Positions 11,986-25,650 of a DNA stretch of 64,000 nt are shown piece by piece. Under the pieces are notes generated by a model. The model did not search any database and had not been told where the DNA came from. It saw only the letters and a list, made by a program, of their open reading frames with translations. Within the stretch, counting starts at the first letter, position 1. The number at the start of each line of letters is the position of its first letter. This DNA comes from Eledone cirrhosa (taxonomy: Eukaryota): the NCBI GenBank assembly GCA_964016885.1, contig OZ024764.1:1302001-1366000 (forward strand), given 5' to 3'. The position numbers and the translations under genes were made by a program.

Positions 11986-13276
11986 TTAACCCTTTAATGT
12001 TCAAACCGGCCAAAACCAGCCAGAATTCTCTACCTTTTTCTGTTGAAACTGGCTGTAACTGGTCACTCAAACTGATGTTAGGTATTGTTCTCAAAATAAA
12101 TACTTTCAAAATCTCACAGATTCGATATTATGTGAGGTAAAGCCTTTACTGTGAAGATACAATAGTATATATAGAGTAATGTAAATGTTATGTGAGATAT
12201 TATGTGAGGTAAAGCCTTTACTGTGAAAATACAATAGTATATATAGAGTAATGTAAATGTTATGTGAGATATTATGTGAGGTAAAGCCTTTACTGTGAAA
12301 ATACAATAGTATATATAGAGTAATGTAAATGTTATGTGAGATATTATGTGAGGTAAAGCCTTTACTGTGAAAATACAATAGTATATATAGAGTAATGTAA
12401 ATGTTATGTGAGATATTATGTGAGGTAAAGCCTTTACTGTGAAAATACAATAGTATATATAGAGTAATGTAAATGTTATGTGAGATATTATGTGAGGTAA
12501 AGCCTTTACTGTGAAAATACAATAGTATATATAGAGTAATGTAAATGTTATGTGAGATATTATGTGAGGTAAAGCCTTTACTGTGAAAATACAATAGTAT
12601 ATATAGAGTAATGTAAATGTTATGTGAGATATGTGAGGTCAAGCCTTTACTGTGAAAATACAATAGTATATATAGAGTAATGTAAATGTTATGGGAGATA
12701 TTATGTGAGATAAAGCCTTTACTGTGAAAATACAATAGTATATATAGAGTAATGTAAATGTTATGTGAGATATTATGTGAGGTGAAGCCTTTACTGTGAA
12801 AATACAATAGTATATATAGAGTAATGTAAATGTTATGTGAGATATTATGTGAGGTAAAGCCTTTACTGTGACAATACAATAGTATATATAGAGTAATGTA
12901 GATGTTATGTGAGATATTATGTGAGGTAAAGACTTTACTGTGAAAATACAATAGTATATATAGAGTAATGTAAATGTTATGTGAGATATTATGTGAGGTG
13001 AAGCCTTTACTGTGAAAATACAATAGTATATATAGAGTAATGTAAATGTTATGTGAGATATTATGTGAGGTAAAGACTTTACTGTGAAAATACAATAGTA
13101 TATATAGAGTAATGTAAATGTTATGTGAGATATTATGTGAGGTAAAGACTTTACTGTGAAAATATAATAGTATATATAGAGTAATGTAAATGGTATGTGA
13201 GATATTATGTGAGGTAAAGACTTTACTGTGAAAATATAATAGTATATATAGAGTAATGTGAATGCTAAAAGGTTAA
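11986..13276. mobile_element. piggyBac-type MITE carrying a 72-bp minisatellite (12125-13260)
   Basis: Ends TTAACCCTTTA...TAAAAGGTTAA (TTAA target); related, less expanded copies at 32363-32580 and 49607-49930. Confidence 0.75.
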
Positions 13277-13849
13277 CAAAGGTTCTTACATAAAATTATG
13301 ATGGAAGGTTTTTAGATAAATATAAACACTTTAACCATTTCTATACCATCTAATATATAATGGTTGGAGAACTATGAGATTTTGTCCTCTTTATTTTTGT
13401 TAACATATTAGTAAAATAAATTGGATTACTTTGAATAAATAAATAATGAATATTACATAATTTATCTACTAAATTTCGTAGCTGTTGATTAAACATAGAT
13501 ATTCTTATATATAATTATTGCTTATTTCAAGATTCACTTCTTTAAAATGTTCAAATGTCAGCACTTCCAGTTAGCGTCCGTTATATCATAACACTTATTA
13601 CATCGCTTATGTAAACATCCATATATTTGCATCGTTATATAAGGTTTCATTACATGTCACCGTAATGCAGATTATATATAATATCGTCTTTTTTTAATGT
13701 ATCATGGATTACTTTACTGATTACATAAGACAGTGTAACACAGTCTCTCTTCAGTTTCTGTGTATATTGTCAATTATGATTTTATTTTATGTATCATATA
13801 TATTTGCATATATCAATATGCACACTAAACATGCTAGCAGAAAAAACCC

Positions 13850-14285
13850 TATCTTGCTCAGAATATTGACCTCCTGGAAACTGTTGAGGGACGTACAACC
13901 AAGTGAATAACCTCCATCAAACATCTACCATACTCTGAATGCCTTGCTTTCCTGGGCATGGATACATTGAAGCTCCGACATCTGCCAACTGACTTGGTAA
14001 ACACCCACAAGATTATTAACCATCTGAGCACCTTTTTGAATTCCGTGTGTCTAACACACGTGGACATGCCTACAAAGACAGAAAACAGCACAGCTCCCAT
14101 GACCTTCAAAAACATTTTTTCATGCTCAGAGTTGCTGAAGCATGGAACAAACTACCTGCATCAGTTGTTAGCTGTCGAGACACTGCATCCTTTAAAACCT
14201 CCATGGAACAAACTACCTGCATCAGTTGTTAGCTGTTGAGACACTGCATCCTTTAAAACCTCCATGGAACAAACTCCCTGCATCA
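13850..14285 (+). mobile_element. CR1-type LINE 3' fragment with 2-3 copies of the 61-mer
   Basis: Same peptide as 2645-2935 on the opposite strand. Confidence 0.8.
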
Positions 14286-14419
14286 GTGACACCTACATGA
14301 CCACTTTACAGTGTGGACTGGGTACTTTTTGTTGTGACACCTACATGACCACTTTACAGTGTGGACTGGGTACTTTTTGTTGTGACACCTACATGACCAC
14401 TTTACAGTGTGGGTGGGAG

Positions 14420-14900
14420 GGGTGGGGCATATTGTCTATATGCTTCAGCTTCAGCTTGTACCCGTGGGAACTCAGGTCTTCTGTATTACTGCGTAACGCC
14501 AGACGTCATGGTCGTGTGCCATCACCTTTGAGAAGTGTAATTGGGCAAGGTCCGGTTTTATCACCTCATCCCAAGTCTTCTTGGGTCTCCCCACTCCAAG
14601 GCTTCCATCAACTTCTAGTGCTCTGCACCTTTTTATGCAGCTGTCATCCTTCATATGCATCACATGTCCATAACAACGCATCCTCCTCTCCTGCACACAG
14701 CATTTGATTATGCTTTGCCGTTCGCGTATATTACTATAACACAATCACCGGAGCATGCAGGCTTTGTTTCTTTCTAATCTACACAAGTCTTCTACAGACA
14801 GCGCCCAGGTTTCACTTCCATGTAACATTGCTGTTCATATGCACGCATCATACAGTCTGCCTTTCATTTTGAGGAAAAGCCTTTTGTAGCTAGCAGGGAT
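14420..14900 (-). mobile_element. Degraded RTE C-terminal fragment
   Basis: RRMRCYGHVMHM...VGRPKKTWDEVI. Confidence 0.75.
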
Positions 14901-15474
14901 CGAAACTGCCAAAGTCCATCGCAACGACGTATGACCCTCGAGATCTATGCCCTTCATTTGTATTTTTTTAAAATAACTTTTTAAGGTTTTTCCCTCTTAA
15001 AAAATTGATTTTTGTTCATTGTCTTGTCCCTTCTTTATTATTTTTCTTAAGTTTCATCATCATTATCATTATCATCGTTTAATCTCTATTTTCCACGATA
15101 GCATAGGGTTAGACGGGTTTCTTCCATTAGAGGCAAGTTGGGTCAGCTGACCGTGCCTTGCCCATATAGAACTGTTTCTAACCCTAACCCCAACCACATT
15201 TACAGTGTGGGCTGGGTGTTCTTTGCCATGTCTCCTACATGACCACTTTACAGTGGGCTGGGTGTTCTTTGCCATGTCTCCTACATGACCACTTTACAGT
15301 GGGCTGGGTGTTTTGTTTTGTGATATCAACATAACTTTACAGAGTAAGGACAGATATAAACATGAATGGACTTGTTATTTTTATCTAAAGGCATTTTTTC
15401 CAATTCCACCCCACCCATCCCTTCAAACTGGACGTTAAACGATGATGATGATGATGATGTTGATACTGTATATA

Positions 15475-15655
15475 GTAATTGCTTCTACTTTTGGCACAAG
15501 GCCAGCAATTACCCAGTACATTACTGGTACTTTATTTTATCGACCCTGTAAGGATGAAAGGCAAAGTTAACCTCGACGGGATTTGAACTCAGACCGTAAA
15601 GGGACGTAACTCTGCTGGAAAGCATGGCGCCCGACTCTCTACCGATACTGCCAAT
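15475..15655 (-). mobile_element. SINE family B
   Basis: Reverse complement of 8901-9090. Confidence 0.85.
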
Positions 15656-15753
15656 ATAGTAATAATAATAAATTTGAAGACTAAAATCCAAAGAGGGCTC
15701 GATAAGGATAAATATATATCAAATATATAAGAACCATAGAGCAAATATTTATT

Positions 15754-15856
15754 AAAATAACAGATTAAAGTTTAAGCAAAGAATCTCTGCTTTCACCCAT
15801 AACGGGATCTTAAGGGTGAAAGCAGTGATTCTTGCTTAAACTTTAATCTGTTATTT
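15754..15856. repeat. Palindrome; one arm repeated at 17290-17345
   Basis: AAATAACAGATTAAAGTTTAAGCAA...TTGCTTAAACTTTAATCTGTTATTT. Confidence 0.85.
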
Positions 15857-15881
15857 AAATTTTAAAAAATATATATATATA

Positions 15882-16260
15882 TGGAGGCTTAGTGGTTAGA
15901 GCATTGGCCTTGCAATCGAAAGGTTGTGAGTTCAATTTTCAGACCGGGTGATGTGTTGTTTCCTTGAGCAAGACACTTTATTTCACATTGCTCCAGTTTA
16001 CTCAGCTGTAGAAATGAGATGATATGGACTGTGGTCCCTATCATTCCACTGCAAAGTGGTCGTGGAGGTGCCACGACAAAAAAAGCACCCACCCCACACT
16101 GTAAAGTGACATGTAGGCGCCACGGAAAAAAACCACACAGCACTCACTGTAAATGAAGTTGGTGTGAGGAAGGGCATCCAGCTGTAGAAATCAAGCCAGA
16201 ATCTGTTCCCGTCCCACCCTTGCAAGCAGGGAAAAGCGGACGTAAAATGATGATGATGAT
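15882..16260 (+). mobile_element. SINE family A, full length
   Basis: Matches 4574-4905; (GAT)n tail. Confidence 0.85.
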
Positions 16261-16474
16261 TATATATATATATATATATATATTATGAGAACCGAAAAAG
16301 GTTAGAAAATCGATAAAATATATTTATACTTTTTTTTTTCAATATTCAGAGAAATATGTGCTTTTGGGCGTGTTTAGCTGTGTAAATGTTCAATGTTTAA
16401 AATTATATACACATTTACGCAGTCACGATTAACTTACACTGTACATATACAGATATAAATTCACACACATACAA

Positions 16475-16514
<40 letters not shown>

Positions 16515-16679
16515 GGCCCAATCACGGAAATACTATACACACACACAGAACTATATATATAAACATTGAAGCACTATTTAAAGCACGCCGATACAATATG
16601 TATATATATTGAAACAGTTCTCGTTCTGTAGGAGTCACACACACACACACGCGTGTATAAATAAATATATATATATATA

Positions 16680-16872
16680 GGAAAATAGTCAGGACCCCGA
16701 CGGCTGAGCTCCAGCCGTTTCAACAGCTTTAGGTCGGATCCAGTTGTCAAAACGGCCGGAGCTCAGCTGTCGGGGTCCTGACTCTTTTCCTATTACCCAC
16801 TCTACTACCCTAAGTATTGAGTACTCTGGTGCGTTATGGTCCACCTGGTCGCTTACCACACTTCCTCTTTGT

Positions 16873-16875
<3 letters not shown>
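16680..16875 (+). mobile_element. Hairpin-headed Penelope-like pseudo-LTR remnant in (TA)n; relatives at 17913-18138, 27855-28017, 31010-31076, 33243-33430, 45745-45868
   Basis: Inverted arms 16680-16790; shared tail TACCCACTCTACTACCCTAAGTATTGAG; one copy abuts the Penelope-like RT. Confidence 0.65.
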
Positions 16876-16924
<49 letters not shown>

Positions 16925-17090
16925 CATACATATACGTATGAGCACACGATACGTGCAAAAGGTGAGCAGAGAGATAAGTGACAGGGACTTCGAAGTTTCT
17001 TCAGCTTAGACCCTTATTCTGTCTACACACACACACACACATTTGTGTATATATTATAGGTAAATATGGTGTATATCGTATATATATCCC

Positions 17091-17121
<31 letters not shown>

Positions 17122-17228
17122 TATGGTATATATATATGTGTGTTATGCATCGTATTTATTATGTAAGAGATAAATATAAAATGTTTGTGTATATATATAT
17201 ATAAACACGGATATATGTTGGCAGTCTG

Positions 17229-17290
<62 letters not shown>

Positions 17291-17433
17291 TAAAATAACA
17301 GATTAAAGTTTAAGCAAAGAATCGCTGCTTTCACCCTTAACGGGATCTTCTGAAACATATATTGTGTATGTGTGTATATATATATATATATTTATACATA
17401 CACACACATATATATATATATATATTCTATTAT

Positions 17434-17470
<37 letters not shown>

Positions 17471-17817
17471 TAGCATGTGTTGATAGTGTGGTGTGTATAT
17501 ATATGTGTGTATGAATATATATATATACATAACATATGAAGGGCCAAAACACTCGTTTGGAGGGGGTTTCTTCTCTGAAAACCTTCTGCTGTCCTGCGTG
17601 TTTCTTACGATAATATGTTTATATATATATATATATAAACATATATATATGTGTGTGTGTGTATGTATAAATATATATATATATACACACATACACAATA
17701 TATGTTTACATATATATGTATATATATATATATATTTATATGCGACCCGGGTCAATCGTCGGTATATATATATATATGTGTAAATAAATAAATAAATATA
17801 TATAGAGAGAGAGAGAT

Positions 17818-17867
17818 GGCTTCTACAGGGCTAGAACTGTTTCAATCGGGAGAAATCATCAGGAAGC

Positions 17868-17868
<1 letters not shown>
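17818..17868 (-). ncRNA. Type I hammerhead ribozyme motif
   Basis: Minus strand GGCTTC-CTGATGA-TTTCTCCCGATT-GAAA-CAG-TTCTAGCC-CTG-TA-GAAGCC: 6-bp stem I, intact core, 4-bp stem III, GUA triplet, weak stem II. Confidence 0.7.
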
Positions 17869-17915
<47 letters not shown>

Positions 17916-18211
17916 GAAATAATCGGGAGCCCGACAGCTGAGCTCCTGCCGTTTCAACAGCTATATATACTGTGTGTATATATATACATATATATATATA
18001 TGAAATAATCGGGAGCCCGACAGCTGAGCTCCTGCCGCTTCAACAGCTATATATACTGTGTGTGTGTATATATATATATATATGTATAGCTGTTGAAACG
18101 GCAGGAGCTCAGCTGTCGGGCTCCCGATTATTTCATATGTATATATGTATATATATATATACACAACATATATGTGTACATATATATTTATGTATATATA
18201 TACACACACAC

Positions 18212-18265
<54 letters not shown>

Positions 18266-18589
18266 GTATATGTGTATGTGTATATATGTTATGTTATGTT
18301 GTGTCACGAGAGATCTGTTTATTTATACGCAGGAAGGAGTCAGTCAACATATAACAACAACAACAACGATATTAATATCAATAATGAAAATAACAACAAA
18401 ACTATCGACATTAATAAAATACAACACGACATATATAAAATATCTTGGTCAGACATTTTATATGGAAAATATGTATCAATATATTTTACCTTAACCAATT
18501 GTCGATATATTCCATTTTCTCATTTTGTCGAACCGCGCTGATCCTGCGGCAGGAGTTATCGTCCTTGACTTACCTCTTACATGTCCTCC

Positions 18590-19110
18590 TTAACTCTCTC
18601 TCTCTCTACATTGCTAGTGCTCTCCCCTTCACACACTCTCTAATTCTCTCTATTGCTACAGTTCTCTATCTCGCTCTATTTTTCTCTCTCTTAGTCTCTC
18701 TCTCTCTCTCTACATTGCTACTTCTCTATTACTATCTCTGTAGATTGCTATTGCTCTGTCTCTCTCTCTCTTACTATCTCTCTATTGCTTGTGCTCTCCC
18801 CTTCACTCTCTCTAATTCTCTCTATTGCTATGCTTTTCTTGTCTCCATTGCTATTGCTCTCTTTCTCAATCTTTTTAATGCTCTCTATCTAATTATTTCT
18901 ATTTCTCTCTCTCGCGCTCTCTCTTTCTCACCCACTTTCTCTTCCTCTCTTTTTCACCCACTTTCTCTTCCTCTCTTTCTCACCCACTTTCTCTCCCTCT
19001 CTCTCTTTCTCACCCACTTTCTCTTCCTCTCGCTCTCTTTCTCACCCATTTTCTCTTCCTCTCTCTCTTTCTCACCCACTTTCTCTCTCTCTCTCTCTCT
19101 CTCTCTCAAG
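18590..19110. repeat. CT-rich low-complexity tract (similar tract at 20620-21360)
   Basis: Direct reading. Confidence 0.85.
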
Positions 19111-19154
19111 AAGTGAAAGCATACGGAGAAGAGGACCGGAAAGAAGAGAGAGAA

Positions 19155-19192
<38 letters not shown>

Positions 19193-19305
19193 GGGGAGGG
19201 AGAGAAAGAGAGAGTGGATGGGTGAAAAAGAGGGCAAGTAGGGAGGAGTTCGTTTTTAATAATTTATTCTCATATACTGTCGATCCGTTAATCCTTGTAT
19301 AGTTT

Positions 19306-20450
19306 TTAACCCTTTTGAGACCGACCTACTGTCAAACCACCGCTGGTTCTATAAAACAAAATCACCCATTTTATAGTGTTCCTATATAAATTAAAATCTT
19401 TCAGTATTATTTTATATAAGAACCCTACATTAAGTTACTATCTTAGTAATGCAATAATTAATTATTTTAGGAAATCCCTCAAAATTATTAATTAATTGAA
19501 ATACAGTGTTACTATTTAAATTAAAATCTTCCAACATAATTTTATATAAGGACCATATGTTAAAGTACTGTCTTAGTAATGAAATAATTTTAGTAAATCC
19601 TTTAAAATTCTTCATTAATTAATTAAAATACACAATGAACCAGTGCATTACTGGTACTTTATTTTATCGACTCCGTAAGGATGAAAGGCAAATCCCGCCG
19701 AGGTTGACTTTGCCTTTCATCCTTACGGGGTCGATAAAATAAAGTACCAGTAATGCACTGGTGATTTTGTTGGCCTTGTGCCTAAAATAGAAACAATTAA
19801 TTAATTTAAATACAGTGATCCTATTTAAATTAAAATCTTCCAACATTATTTTATACAAGAACCATATGTTAAGGTACTGTCTTAGTAATGAAATAATTAA
19901 TAATTTTAGTAAATCCCTCAAAATTCTTCATTAGTTAATTGAAATATTTTAAAGGGTTTCTATTTAAATTAAAATCTTCCAATATATAAGAGCCATATGT
20001 TATGTTACTATCTTAGTAATGAAATAATTGTTTATACTTTTGACACAAGGCCAGCAAATACCCCAGTACATTACTGGTACTTTATTTTATCGACCCCGTA
20101 AGGACGAAAGGCAAAGTTAACCTCGGCGGGATCTGAACTCAGATTGGCAAGGGCCGTAACTCTATACGTCAAAGCATGGCATCCGACCCTCTTCCAATAC
20201 TGTCAATCCAAATAATTAATTGTAGTCACCTGAGCTCTGTACACAATAATTTTCATTAAAATTTTAGTAATTTCTTTAAAATTCTTCATTAATTAATTGA
20301 AATATATTGTTCCTATATAAATTAAAATCTTCCAACATAATTGCATGTAAGAACCATATGTTAAGTTCATATTTTTAGTAAAGTCTTCGAAAATTCTCAT
20401 TAATTAATTGAAAGAATGAATTTCATTAGAAGTATGGCCAGGAAAGGGTT
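19306..20450. mobile_element. piggyBac-type MITE with an internally repeated AT-rich block and nested SINE-B pieces (19640-19800, 20025-20210)
   Basis: Starts TTAACCCTTTT, ends AAAGGGTT; TAAATTAAAATCTT recurs five times. Confidence 0.55.
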
Positions 20451-20794
20451 CCACTGATGTCCGGGTCGGCGTCCGTAGAAAGAGAGAGAAGTGGCCGGAA
20501 TATTATTACAGGGAATACACTTACTGACTTTACACCGGACACACTGACCTAACTTATTTATTCTTGTACATTTTTTATTCTATCGATCCATTAATCCTGC
20601 ATACAAACAATCGCATCTCTTTTTCTCCCCCCCCCCTCTCTCTCTCTCTCTTTTCTCATTCTCTCTTTCTCCACCCCTCTTTCTTCTCTACCTCCTATCT
20701 CTCCCTCTCTCTTTTTCTCCAACACAATCTCTCTCTCTTTCTCTATCTTTCCATCCCCCTCTCTATATATCTCTCTCTCCACCCCAGCCACACA

Positions 20795-20827
<33 letters not shown>

Positions 20828-21235
20828 CCACACTCTCTTTCTTTTTCTCTCCATTTCCCTCTCTTTATCTCTCTACCCCCTCTATATATATTTCTCTCCA
20901 TCCATCTCTCTCCATCTCTCTCTTTCAATCTCTCTCCATCTCTCTCCATCCATCTCTCTCCATGTCTCTCTTTCAAACCCCCTTTCTCTTTCCACCCTAC
21001 TCTCTCTATATATATCTCTCTCTCTCTCCCTATCTCACTTTATTTCTCCCCCTCTCCCCGCTCCCCCTTTCTCCTCTCCACCCTCTCTCTCTCCGTCCCC
21101 TCTCTCTCTATCTCTCTCCATCCCTTCCTCTCTCTCTCTCTCCTCCTTCCCCTCACAGCGACCTTCGGCTATTTTTAATTCCCTGTATTCTAATATTCCA
21201 TCGATCCATTAATCCGAAAATTAATTTCTCTAAAC

Positions 21236-21306
<71 letters not shown>

Positions 21307-21371
21307 TCCATCTTTTTCTCTATCTCTTTCTCTACCTTCCTGTTTATCTATTTATCCATCTTCCTATAATA

Positions 21372-21575
21372 TAATAATGAAATTATTGTGTACAGTGCTC
21401 AGGTGCACTACAACTCGTCAAAGGTGCATGTATAGTACATAGAATAATACACAAATGTCAGGGAAGTGAATAGTGTATGAGTCATGGTATACATGTGTGT
21501 GTGTGTATGGAGGGGGAACATTAGGTGTAGTGTTGGAGAATCTCGTATGGAGGTTTTAAAGGATGCAGTGTCTCC
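21372..21575 (-). mobile_element. CR1-type LINE 3'UTR
   Basis: Matches 1628-1790. Confidence 0.8.
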
Positions 21576-22830
21576 CATTCGGAGCTCGCCATAAAGCAGC
21601 TGCTTTGGCATTTGCTTGTCATTCATCCTTACAAGATGGCCTGTCCAGCACAGCTGATGTTTCAAAATCAAGGACTCGACACTATCACAGCCACTTCTGT
21701 CCAGAACCTCGACGTCACTGACAAACATTTGCCAAGTTATGCCGAGGATCTGACGTAAGCAGTACGGGTGGAACCTCTCAAGTCGCTTCATCTGTCTACG
21801 GTAGACCACCCACGTCTCACAAGCATAAAGAAGTGCCGCGAGCACACACGCATAATACACTTTGAGCTTTGTCTTTACCGAAATTCCGTGTTGAGACCAG
21901 AGACGCTTGTTCAGTTTTCCAAAAGCATCACTGGCTTTCTGTACCCTGTTTGATATTTCCCCATCAAGATCGCAGGACATACTCCAAGATATACAAAACT
22001 GCCAACGACCCTTAGCCGTTCACCATAAACCAAGATGTTGGGCTCACAACATGGCTTCCCAGGGGTTGGTTGGTACATGGCTACTGTCTTTTTCAGGCTT
22101 ATGGTAAGTCCCAATGCAGTACACGCATTAGAAAATGTATCCATGAGATGCTGCATATCAATCTCAGTGTGCGCTACCAGGTCACACAGTCATCTGCATA
22201 AAGCAAATCCCTGATTAGTGACAAGTGAACCTTTGACTTAGCATTGAACCTCCTGGTATTAAACAGCTTTCCAGTTGATCGATAGCGAACATATATACCA
22301 TGATTGCAGTTCCCGAAAGCCTGTTTGAAGACAATGGAGAAGTACAAAGCAAAGAGCGTTGGAGCTGGAATGTCACCCTGTTTGACTCCATTCTCGACCC
22401 TCACCGGCTCAGAGAGCTTTCCACCAACATTTACCCATGCCTTCATGTCATCATGGAACAAACGCAAAATGGAAACAAACTTCTCAGGGCACCTCAGCTT
22501 CCTCAAGATATCCCATAAAGCCTTTCTGTTGACCGTGTCAAACGCCTTTGTCAGATCAATAAACACCTGGTAGAGATCCACATTCTGCTCAACACACTTT
22601 TCCTGCAGTTGTCTGGCTGTAAAGATCATGTCCACAGTGCCACGCCCAGCCCAAAAGCCCGATTGCGACTCTGGTAGAGCTTCATCAGCAATGTGGAGCA
22701 ATACACGGTCCAACAGAATTCTACAGAGAACTTTGCCGACAACAGACAACAGTGATATGCCACGCTAGTTTCCGCAGTCATCCCTGTCTCCCTTTCCCTT
22801 GTACAAAACAACCATCACAGCATCCTTCCA
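21576..22830 (-). mobile_element. Frameshifted RTE (BovB-like) LINE fragment
   Basis: LPESQSGF..GRGTVDMIFTARQLQEKC, FIDLTKAFDTV, GVKQG, LLYADD, LLYACETW, KQLLYGEL. Confidence 0.92.
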
Positions 22831-22834
22831 ACCT

Positions 22835-24440
22835 CCCACTGTAACGTGGTCTTGTAGGTGTCACAACAAAAAACACCCAGTCCACACTGTAAAGTGGTCA
22901 TGTAGGTGTCACAATAACAAGTACCCAGTCCACACTGTGAAGTGGTCTTGTAGGTGTCACAACAAAAAGTACCCAGTCCACACTGTAAAGTGGTCATGTA
23001 GGTGTCACAATAACAAGTACCCAGTCCACACTGTAAAGTGGTCATGTAGGTGTCACAACAAGCAACACCCAGTCCACACTGTAAAGTGGTCATGTAGGTG
23101 ACACACAAAAAGCACCCAGTCTACACTGTAAAGTGGTCATGTAGGTGTCATAATAAAAAGCACCCAGTCCACACTGTAAAGTGGTCATGTAGGTGTCATA
23201 ACAAAAAGTACCCAGTCCACACTGTAAAGTGGTCATGTAGGTGTCACAACAAAACGCACCCAGTCCACACTGTAAAGTGGTCATGTAGGTGTCACAACAA
23301 AAAAGCACCCAGTCCACACTGTAAAGTGGTCATGTAGGTGTCATAACAAAAAGTACCCAGTCCACACTGTAAAGTAGTCATGTAGGTGTCACAACAAAAA
23401 GTACCAAGCCCACACTGTAAAGTGGTCATGTAGGTGTCACAACAAAAGGTACCCAGTCTACACTGTAAAGTGGTCATATAGGTGTCACAACAAAAAGTAC
23501 CCAGTCCACACTGTAAAGTAGTCATGTAGGTGTCACAACAAAAAGTACCCAGTCCACACTGTAAAGTAGTCATGTAGGTGTCACAACAAAAAGTACCCAG
23601 TCCACACTGTAAAGTGGTCATGTAGGTGTCACAACAAAAGCACTCAGTCCACACTGTAAAGTGGTCATGTAGGTGTCACAACAAAAGGCACTCAGTCCAC
23701 ACTGTAAAGTGGTCATGTAGGTGTCACAACAAAAAGTACCCAGTCCACACTGTAAAGTGGTCATGTAGGTGTCACAACAAAAGGCACTCAGTCCACGCTG
23801 TAAAGTGGTCGTGTAGGTGTCACAACAAAAAGCACCCAGTCCGCACTGTAAAGTAGTCATGTAGGTGTCACAACAAACAACACCCAGTCCACACTGTAAA
23901 GTAGTCATGTAGGTGTCACAACAAAAAGTACCCAGTCCACACTGTAAAGTGGTCATGTAGGAGACACAACAAAAAGTACTCAGTCCACACTGTAAAGTGG
24001 TCATGTAGGTGTCACAACAAAAGGTACCCAGTCCACACTGTAAAGTGGTCATGTAGGAGACACAACAAAAAGTACTCAGTCCACACTGTAAAGTGGTCAT
24101 GTAGGTGTCACAACAAAAGGTACTCAGTCCACACTGTAAAGTGGTCATGTAGGTGTCACAACAAAAGGCACTCAGTCCACACTGTAAAGTGGTCATGTAG
24201 GAGACACAACAAAAAGTACCCAGTCCACACTGTAAAGTGGTCATGTAGGAGACACAACAAAAAGTACCCAGTCCACACTGTAAAGTGGTCATGTAGGTGT
24301 CACAACAAAAGGCACTCAGTCCACACTGTAAAGTGGTCATGTAGGAGACACAACAAAAAGTACCCAGTCCACACTGTAAAGTGGTCATGTAGGAGACACA
24401 ACAAAAGGCACTCAGTCCACGCTGTAATGTGGTAGGCGTT
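22835..24440 (+). repeat. 48-bp SINE-derived minisatellite, inverted relative to the 9.8-11.5 kb array; ends in a SINE tail (24440-24590)
   Basis: Unit CAACAAAAAGTACCCAGTCCACACTGTAAAGTGGTCATGTAGGTGTCA. Confidence 0.95.
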
Positions 24441-24666
24441 AGGAAGGGCATGCAGCTGTAGAGAACCTGCTAGAAACATTCCACTATGACCCAGACACGG
24501 TCTCCTGACCAATCTTGACTCAAGTGGGACAAAACCATCCAACCCATGCTAGCGTGGAAGATGGACGTTAAACGATGATGATGAAAATGAAGATGATATA
24601 TATGTATATAAACACGTCTATTTCTATTATGTGGAGGTAGATAGGTGATAAAGAATGACCTCATAT

Positions 24667-25650
24667 GGTGGTGGTGGTGGTGGTGGTGGTGGTGGTGGTG
24701 GTGGTGGTGGTGGTGGTGGTGGTGGTGGTGGTGGTGTGATAGTGGTGGTGGTGGTGGTGGTAGTGGTGGTGGTGGTGGTGGTGGTGGTGGTGGTGGTGGT
24801 GGTGGTGGTGGTGGTGGTAGTGGTGGTGGTGGTGGTGTGGTAGTGGTGGTGGTGGTGGTGTGGTAGTGGTGTGGTAGTGGTGGTGTTGGTGGTGGAGTGG
24901 TGGTGGTGGTGGTGTAGTGGTGATGGTGGTGTAGTGGTGGTGGTGTAGTGGTGGTGGAAGTAGTGGTGGTGGCGGTGGTGGTGGTGGTGGCGGTGGTGGT
25001 GGTGGTGGTGTAGTGGTGGTGGTGGTGGTGTAGTGCTGGTGTAGTGGTGGTGGTGGTGTAGTGCTGGTGGTAGTGGTGGTGGTGTAGTGGTGGTGGTGGT
25101 GTAGTGGTGGTGGTGGTGGTGGTGTCGTGGTGATGGTGGTGTAGTGGTGGTGGTGTCGTTGTGATGGTGGTGTAGTGGTGGTGGTAGTGGTGGTGGTGTA
25201 GTGGTGGTGGTGGTGTAGTGGTGGTGGTGGTGGTGGTGTCGTGGTGATGGTGGTGTAGTGGTGGTGGTGTAGTGGTGGTGGTGTCGTCGTGATGGTGGTG
25301 TAGTGGTGGTGGTGTAGTGGTGGTGGTGTCGTGGTGTAGTGGTGGTGGTGTAGTGGTGGTGGTGTAGTGGTGATGGTGGTGTATTGGTGGTGGTGTAGTG
25401 GTGGTGGTGTGGTGGTGGTGGTAGTGGTGGTAGTGTAGTGGTGGTGGTGTAGTGGTGGTGGTGGTGGTGGTGGTAGTGGTGGTGGTAGTGGTGGTAGTGG
25501 TGGTAGTGTAGTGGTGGTGGTGGTGTGGTAGTGGTGGTGGTGGTGGTGTAGTGGTGGTGGTGTAGTGGTGGTGGTGGTGGTGGTGTAGTGGTGGTGGTGT
25601 AGTGATGGTGGTGTAGTGGTAGTGGTGGTGGTGTAGTGGTGTAGTCGTGT
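24667..25650. repeat. ~1 kb (GGT)n with GTA/GAT variants
   Basis: Direct reading. Confidence 0.95.

Noticed and set aside
12106-13095. 329-aa ORF
   Set aside because: Frame of the 72-bp minisatellite inside a MITE
17290-17352. Hammerhead-like CAGAAGA-TCCC/GGGT-GAAA on the minus strand (also the 15754-15856 palindrome)
   Set aside because: Core mismatch and no convincing stem I or III; at most a decayed remnant
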